From the NCBI GenBank assembly GCA_965240325.2, contig OZ251242.1, forward strand, positions 186,001 through 250,000: DNA of 64,000 bases. Direction: 5' to 3'. Made by a program: the position numbers and the translations under genes. Origin of the DNA: Rebecca billardiae RCC1528. Lineage: Eukaryota; Protista; Haptophyta. The notes under the pieces were generated by a model, which was given only the letters and a program-made list of their open reading frames with translations, did no database searches and had not been told where the DNA came from. This document shows positions 56,748 to 64,000 of the stretch, in pieces (position 1 is the stretch's first letter; each line of letters opens with the position of its first letter).

Positions 56748-57781
56748 TTGGGAGCGGTGGCGGCGGCGCGCTGCAGGTGCCGCCCGCGCGCGGCGGCACG
56801 GGCGGCGCCGCCTCGCGCGCGCACGCCGCGCACTCGGGCGCTCGGCAGCGGCTCGATGCCTTTCTGGACGCGGAGGACGACACGTCGGCAGCGGCGGCGC
56901 TCGCGGCCGACGCGGCCGACGCGGCGCGCGAGCACGCGACCGAGCTCGCGGCGGCGGCGGCGGCGGTGGCGGCGGCGGGCGGCCTCGACGCTCCCGAGTA
57001 CAGGCGCGCGAGTGACGCGTCTTCCGCCGGAGACTCGACCGACTCGGCCGGGCTCGAGGCGATCCTGGCGGAGAGCACAGCGAGCGGGCTGAGCACCGCA
57101 GGCTGGAGTGATGACGCCGACGGCGGCGGGAGCGGTGGCGGCTGCTCGGAGGAGTCCGGTGGGTCCGAGTCCGACGGCGGCGGGAGCGGTGGCGGCTGCT
57201 CGGACGAGGAAGTGAGCGCCGACAGCGACGATGACGAGGCGGAGGCGGAGGAGGGCGAGGGCGGCAGCGCGGTGCTGGGCGGCGCCGCGCCCGCCCCCGC
57301 GCCTTCGCGCCTCCCGCCCCTGCCCTTGCTCGCCGCGCACCGCCCAGCGCCGGACAGCGCACCGCCCAACGGCGGCGCGCCGCCCGCCGGCTCGCTCGCC
57401 GACACCCCACGCCCGACCGCCGCGCCCGTCGCGCTTGGCGTGCCGCCGTCCTCGCTCAAGCCGAGCGGCGGCGCGGCGGCGGTGGCGGCGGGCGCGCCGG
57501 AGCGCGACGCTGACGTCTCCGCCGTCTCGGAGCGCGTCGCCGGCCTCGGCCTCGGCGAGGGCCCGGGCGGCGCCATGGCCGCGGCCGCCGATGCCGCCGC
57601 CCGCAGCCAGCGAGAAGCAGAAGCGATGGCGGCGGCGCTCGGCGCGCCGAACGGCGGCGACGCCGGAGGGGCGGGCACGCAGGCGGCGGCGGGCGGCGCT
57701 GCCGACGCCGCGGCGGCAGGCGCGGGGACGACGGCTGGCGCGGCGTCGGCGGACTCTGACGACGATGACATCGTCGAGTAG
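53114..57781 (+). CDS. PPP4R1: HEAT-repeat protein phosphatase regulatory subunit, PP4R1-like
   Basis: LSLLERI..LQKVVFVREI, DAVFRVRK, DPIWGVRKA, DSSRWVR, HCAFSLPAV, DSQWKVRRTLAFSLH, DLDEVRVG, DRVANVR, DSDRDV; exons 53114-54901, 55339-55458, 55613-55686, 55848-56141, 56530-57781. Confidence 0.85.
55298..55336. repeat. Interstitial telomeric (CCCTAA)n abutting a 3' splice site
   Basis: cctaaccctaacccccgaaccctaaccctaaccctaacCAG. Confidence 0.9.
55788..55822. repeat. Degenerate telomeric (CCCTAA)n ~25 nt before a 3' splice site
   Basis: ccctaaccctagccctacccccgaaccctaaccct. Confidence 0.85.
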
Positions 57782-57962
57782 CTGCGCACGCGGCAAGACG
57801 CAACGGTGCCGCGCCCGCAGGTGCAATGCTCCGTATCGATATATCGTAGTTATTATAATAATGCTGCGCACGGCAAGTGCCCCTCTGCTGCGCCGGCGGA
57901 CAGTCTATTATTGAGAAACTGATATGACGACGCGAGAAGTCGATATCCTATACGAACTATTA

Positions 57963-59892
57963 CCAGGTCGTTCCCCCTGCACTGGGAATCCGCGGTTTCG
58001 CACTATTCAGAGCACGAGGCCGCGGCATAGCAACGCAGATTTATTCTTCCGCTTGCTCTATCAGACCACTTGAACGATCTAATCGAGGTTTCCAATTGAA
58101 AATGACGAAAGTACATCCATCCATTAGAGAACCCAAATCCCGAGCGCGGCAAAGCCGTGGAACGCAGTAATCAGCCTCGTCAGCGATAGTCCGCTCACGA
58201 AATCGAGGCGCTGGAAATGAGTTCTTCGCGTGCAACCGCGGAGGCGGGAGCCCTCCCGCGGGTGCGGAGCACCGATTCTGACCCGCCCCCTGCGCCTGCG
58301 GCCGGGCGGCGAGTGCGATGCAGCTGGCCCGGCGCTGGGGGGCGCGGATGTGCTTGCGGAGCCGGCGTGCGTGGACGGGCTGTTGCGGGAGAGTATCTGC
58401 CGCCCTCCTGCGCCGCGCGACTTGCGCCACGCCTCTTTCGCCTCGGCTCAGGGCAGCGCGCACGCGCGCGCCGCCTCCGGGGCCAGCCTTCGGCCTGCGC
58501 CGCAGGCCGACCGCGCGCGCGCCGTGCGCGGCGTGGTCGGGAAGGAACGGGCGCGGCTGCCGGGCGAGATGGCGATATCATGTGCGCACGCCATGCCGCC
58601 CCGCCACGCCTTGCCGAGCGTGTCGCTGGTCCATTTGCACGCCTCTTCGAGTTGTCACAAATGGTGTGCACGCGGCCTCGCGGTCCGGTGACCGCTGGGG
58701 GCCGCGCCCGGGCCAGGGCGCTGCGGGCGCGGATGTGCTTGCGGAGCCGGCGTGCGTGGACGGGCTGTTGTGGGAGAGTATCTGCCGCCCTCCTGCACCG
58801 CGCGACTTGCGCCACGCCTCTTTCGCCTCGGCTCAGGGCAGCGCGCACGCGGCGCGTCGCCTCAAGGCCAGCCTTGCCTGCGCCGCAGCCGACCGCGTGC
58901 GCGCCGTGCGCGGCGTGGTCGGGAAGGAACGGGCACGGCTGCCGGGCGAGATGGCGATATCATGTGCGCACGCCATGCCGCCCCGCCACGCCTTGCCGAG
59001 CGTGTCGCTGGTCCGTTTGCACGCCTCTTCGAGTTGTCACACTATGAATGGTGTGCCACGGCCTCGCGGTCGTGACCCTTGCCGGGACGATCATTGAGAC
59101 ACAGAACAGTGCCAAGCGGGCACGCGGGATACTCTTACATGAATGTTCATCACCACGTGGTCGTGTAGAAGTGCTGGGTGCGACGCTTTCCTCGCGCGGA
59201 TGCACTTTCATCATCTTCTTCGAGCTCCGAGGTCTGGCTTCAGGCACGACAAGAAATCAGCACTCGTCAACAGCTGTGCGGATCCGTTATCGTGCCCTTT
59301 CGCGGCGCCGCGGGGCGGCATGGCGTGCGCACATGATGTCGTCATCTCGCCCGGCAGCACCCCCCGTTCCTTCCCGACCACGCCGCGCACGGCGCGCGCG
59401 CGGTTGCGGCTGCGGCGCGGGCACGGTGCGGCCCTGGCCTCCGAGGCGGCGCGCGCGTGCGCGCTGCCCTGAGCCGCGGCGAAAAGAGGCGTGGCGCGAG
59501 ACGCGCGGCGCAGGAGGGCGCCATATACTCTCCCGCAACAGCCTGTCCACGCAAGCCGGCTCCGCGAGCACATCCGCGCCCGCAGCGCCGTGCCCCGGGC
59601 GCGCCGGCCGCCAACGGCGCTCGGCCGCCTTCGCCTGCCCGCCCTGCCGCCGAGGGCAAAGGTCAAGATTTGGTCGGCCCTCGCCTGCCGAGCCGCCACC
59701 GGCCGGGGGCTCCCTGCACCATCTATCTCATTGCGGCTCAATTTTGGGATTGCGAGACCAGCTCATCGATTGACGCACATCCGCACCCGCGAGACCTGAA
59801 AATCTTATTCGCGGGTAGCGACGGGTGCGTCCTGCGGCTGTTTTTCTCGTATGTCCAAACCGCGGATTCCCAGTGCAGGGGGAACGACCTGG
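57963..59892. mobile_element. Non-autonomous Tc1/mariner-type element (1930 bp, TA TSD) with internal direct and inverted repeats
   Basis: 36-bp TIR CCAGGTCGTTCCCCCTGCACTGGGAATCCGCGGTTT flanked by TA on both sides; internal block at ~58330-58660 and ~58722-59041, with an inverted copy at ~59305-59590; no transposase motif seen. Confidence 0.87.
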
Positions 59893-62337
59893 TATATACG
59901 TAGGCGCTCGTCGGCCAGTCGGGCTGCGCTAGTGCCGCCTATTCCGTGGCTCACCTAGCTAGGCAATCGCTGGCAATAAGCATCAGAAGTCAGAGATCTC
60001 ACGGCTACTAGCCTCGGTTTCTTATATAACCCGGTTCGGTATAGCCCGCCGAGCGCCTGTGACGGAGTCTCATCAGTTTCTTATTAGCGCTAGGTCCGCC
60101 CGCCGCGCACGGCGCAGGCGCGGGGCGGGCGCACAGGGGGGCAGAGCCCCCCGCTGAGTCTTTAGGCCCGGCCGGCGAGGCCGACTGAGAAAATTTTGGC
60201 GGGCCTTTTTGGAGCAAATCTGGCATGATGTTGCATGGATGCTGCGGTGCACTGGCCAGGAGTCAGTCATCAGGAGAAGTCGGGACTTGGCCTGTACTCG
60301 TAGTCGGGCCGCGCGCCGCGTCCCCGACGGGCCGACTGCGCCTCGCCCTCGGCGGACCACTCGTCAGCCGGGACGACGTAGTCCCGGTTTCTTACTTACA
60401 TAGTGTGCATGACTATGCGTATAGCGAACCAGCCAATCGCTAGTCTCAGTTTCTAGGCCAGATCCGCAGATAGCAAGCCCCAGTTTCTTAACGTGACAGC
60501 TCCTTATTGTTACCGCCCTGCCTGGCGTGTGCCTCGCCTCCTCGCTGCCGATCTGGATGGCGCAGGCGCTTCGAGGACGGCTAGACATACATGTATGTAT
60601 ATATATATACATATATATATATCAATAATTATTCGCCACTATATGCTCCGGCGCGCATCGGAATGAGGGCACGTTTATTATTATTATTATTATACATAAT
60701 ATTTACGACCCGTCAGGGGTCCGCCTGACGCCGGTCCTCAGCCGCCTCTCAATATTCAGGCAATCGCGGGCAATAACCGCGGAGCCACGCGGCGAGATAC
60801 CAGACTTTAGCAGCTTGGAAGGCGCAGCTCGAGAGCCGCCAAGCCGCACGAGAGCAAGGCACGAAGCACCATCGTGCAGAGGGCATCGCGAAGATGCAGG
60901 CCGGAAACAGCTGCAGCCATCATGCCCGAGTGGGCACTTCCGAAGGGCGTTCGCTGCGAGTGAGCGAGAGGCACTGGACTGCGTCGGTTCGCTCGGCGCC
61001 TGATGAAAAAACCCAGTTCACCAATTGGCCGTCCTGTGCCGCCGCCAACCTTGCCTATTTGCCTAAGGCCCAGGAGCATCACAGCGAGTAGGTTGTTCGG
61101 GGTCGTTGTGCGAGCGCACAGAGCAGGCTCGAAAGTCCCTCGTGGCACGAGAAGAGGGTGGCCAAGATGGCAGCCGGACTTGAGCTCGGCCGCCTGGCTC
61201 GGGCCGAATGGTAGGCAGGTGTTGATACGGCGCATTGCGCTCCCACCGGCCTCTTAGACAATCAGTTATTGTGCGCCAATAACCCCACATATATATATGG
61301 ACGAGATACGAACCAGCCGACGCGGCGACGCATACCCCCAGCATAGTATAGCAGTCGTATATATATTATATACATATATATTTACATCATGTATCAGCAT
61401 CAAACTTTACTATCGGACGATGATCAGATGATCGTTGTCATCATTATATATATTATCAGCACGCACCATTATTATTGATCACGACGATTGTGACCGTTAT
61501 TCATCATCAACTTGTCGTTGTCGTTGATGCTGCTGATGCCATCAGTAAAGTACTGATGACGACTCCGCGCTCGCCAGACGATAACGTACTCACCGACAGA
61601 TGTCAGATGTGAGATAGAGCGGCCGCGCTCACGGCGGCTCTGCAGCCGGCCCCGCCGCGGGCGGTTGGCAGCAAGCCTTCACTAGACTGCAAGCGCCGGC
61701 CGTGCGACGCGTTATCCCCTGCCGGCTTCATCCGGCCTAGTCGGCTACTAGTGCTAGTGCTCGGGCTGGCGTGGCGCAGCGGTTGGCGGGTCGGCGGGCT
61801 GGCGGCGCCGCGGCCAGGCCGCGCTTGCGCTGCCTTGTGACTCCGCGCGGGCGACGGCCCCGGTCCGCCCGTTCGAACGCCAGCGGGCGCGTGCAGCTAT
61901 GAGTTTTCCACGCAAGCGGGAGGCGCAGAGTAGCATGGGTGTTCGGCCGCGGATGGCGCACACAGGTCCTGAGTGCGGCTGTCCGCCCACTACAGCGGAA
62001 GGCGTGTGGCGCGCCCCAGAGCCGCTGCTTACAGGCCGGTTCCCTGGCCAGGACCGAGGACGGTCGGTGACTTGGTGAGGGCGTGAGGCTCCTGATGATA
62101 AATTGACGAACGCCGAGGTGAGCTTGTATCTAAAGTAGCAGTGATGACGATGCCCATTATTCGATGATGAACAAGACCAGAATGTTTGACGTTCAGGCGG
62201 GATTGTACAAGTATTTCATTACAAGTACAGCAGCTGTTACATACTGTCCAGTAAAGTAAGTGTTTACCGTACCCACTCGGCTCGGGCCAAGCAACCCCAA
62301 CGAGACCCATACGTAGCCCCTCATCTTGGCGCACGCC

Positions 62338-63698
62338 ATGGTGGCCCTTGACGCCGACGCCGAGGCGCGCGCGGCGACCACGTTCGAGGCGACGGAGGAG
62401 CTACTCGACGAGACGCTCGTCGTCGCGCGGGCCGACTACGCCATCCTCTGGACCTTCCGCCCCGCCGCGACCGAGGACGAGAAGGACATGCTCACGTGCG
62501 GCGCGTACCGATCCGTCGGTGCGCGGCCGCGGCTCGCGCGGCGGTTCGCGCGGGATGGGCGCGCGCGCGCGCGCCCGTCGCCGTGCCGACTCGCCCGCCC
62601 TTCCCTGCGCCCGCGCGCGCGCGCGCCGCGCCCGCAGACGGCGTGCTGATGGAGGGCTCGAGCACCGTGACGTTTGCGCCCGCCGAGGGCGTGCTCGGCC
62701 AAACGTGGAGCCTGGGCTCGCCCTTCTTCGCGCCGGTGGTGAGCGCGCTCGACGAGGTGCGCTTCCCGCGGAAGCAGCTCGCCATGTTCGAGCGCGTCCG
62801 CTCGATCGCCGCCTTCAAGTTCGCCAACGGCGTGCTCGAGCTCGGCTGCAAGAAAGGGTGGGCGGAGCCGCCGCACCTCGACCGCGCGTCCGTGCTCCGC
62901 GTCGAGAAGAAGCTGCCGCTGGCGGCGCAGCTCACGCTCGACCTGGAGCGGCCGGGGCTGCTCGAGCGCGTGCTCGCCGAGAGCGGCGCGCACTACGCGC
63001 TCTTCTACCTCTTCTACGAGCAGGTCGAGGAGCTCAAGTGCCGGCTGTACGCGTCGGAGGACGGCGAGCTGATGCGCCAGTCCCGGACTTTTCCGTTCAC
63101 GTCCGGAATGGGCGCGATCGGGATGGCGTGGGAGGCCAAGTCGAGCTTCTTCATCGCGGACGCGGTGGCGGCGGACCCGCGCAAGTTCCTGCGCCAGCCG
63201 CTCGCCGAGGTCTACGCCGTGCACTCCATCGCCTTCATCTGCTTCAAAAACGGGATCCTCGAATTTGGCAGCCGCGGGCGGTGGGAGGGGCACCCTGGAC
63301 TGCCTGAGGCGCTGATGCGCGAGCTGAGTGTCGAGGAGGGCGGCGGCGGCGGCGGCGGCGCGGCGGTGGCGGCGAAGGGCGGCGCGGCGGAGGGCGGCGC
63401 GGCGAAGGGCACGGACGCGCGCCCGCCCGGCGCCGAGCCGCGCGCCGAGGGCGCCGCGGCAGACGGCGACGCCGCGGCGGCGCAGGCGGCCGCGCCCGAC
63501 GCGCCCGCCTCGCGCGCGGAGGGGGCGGCGCCGGCGGCGGGGACCGCCAACGCGCCGGGCGCGGGGGCGGCCGACGCCGACGCTGCCGCCGGCGATACGG
63601 TGGTGGGCGCCGAGGGTGCGGCGGGCGCCCAGGCGGCGGCGGGCGGCGCTCTGGGCCCAGAGGCGTTGGCGGCGGCGGCGGCGGGCGCGCCAGAGTGA
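62338..63698 (+). CDS. Protein with two tandem bHLH-MYC N-terminal-like (GAF-like) domains and no bHLH
   Basis: Intron 62519-62637; twice-repeated pattern YA(I/L)(L/F)(W/Y)..F..(AEG/GMG)..G..W..F..R..LA..V.SIA..F.NG(V/I)LE(L/F)G. Confidence 0.72.
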
Positions 63699-63896
63699 GC
63701 GCGAGTTGCAATTCGTCAGTCAGAAATCATTCGATCTGAGAAATCGCGCGAGGAGCGTTTTCTATTTTTCGCGGCGCGGCGGCGGAGATTTAAATTAGTA
63801 GCAGGTGCGCAGATTCGTCGATTTATTGCGCGAATCCGCATTCAAACGGCATCACCAGCGCGCTGCGCGCTCCGAGCGTGCCCGCCGCGCGAGACG

Positions 63897-64000
63897 ATGC
63901 CGACGCCCGCGTCGCACCACCTGGGCGAGCTGGAGGAGCTGCGCCGGCTGACGGCGCTGTGCCGGGAGGAGCAGGTGGCCGAGCCCGCGCGAGTCGTCGA
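63897..64000 (+). CDS. 5' end of a hypothetical gene running off the window
   Basis: ATG followed by GC3-rich codons MPTPASHHLGELEELRRLTALCREEQ. Confidence 0.45.
   Translation, partial: MPTPASHHLGELEELRRLTALCREEQVAEPARVV

Noticed and set aside
60807-61344. Short ORFs between AT-rich tracts
   Set aside because: Host-atypical codon usage and no domain signal.

Overview
Very GC-rich eukaryotic nuclear DNA with spliceosomal introns (typical donor GTGCGC), TTAGGG-type repeats and UGA-selenocysteine recoding. This is consistent with a microalga, probably a haptophyte (inference; cannot be confirmed here). Genes, left to right: a tandemly duplicated R2R3-MYB gene (copy 1 carries a premature TAG), a METTL21-like methyltransferase, a CCCH/RRM/RBR E3 ligase, a sulfotransferase-like + JmjC fusion head-to-head with an F-box/RCC1 gene, a selenocysteine MsrA with a clear SECIS, a small orphan gene divergent from cytosolic HSP70, a secreted Cys-rich protein, a multi-sensor kinase, two divergent opine dehydrogenases, an EamA transporter, a Patched/NPC1-like protein, a PP4R1-like HEAT protein and a tandem MYC-N/GAF-like protein. 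The most striking item is hidden from the ORF track by a transposon and two introns. It is a ~1350-aa AGC kinase-PAS-SnoaL-PAS-LOV protein (32709->27422) ending in a canonical GRNCRFLQ LOV domain, i.e. a candidate blue-light receptor kinase with the reverse of the phototropin architecture. A 909-bp TIR element (second copy at 40474-41385) sits in its second PAS domain. The element's termini carry GT/AG positioned so that splicing would leave exactly 12 nt (frame-neutral, introner-like). Also present: a family of long-arm foldback elements with CAAGGG ends and 7-bp TSDs, a TA-flanked non-autonomous Tc1/mariner-type element, EsV-1-7-like Cys repeats, and telomeric repeats found only near intron 3' ends. 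All calls are by eye from motifs; no searches were run.
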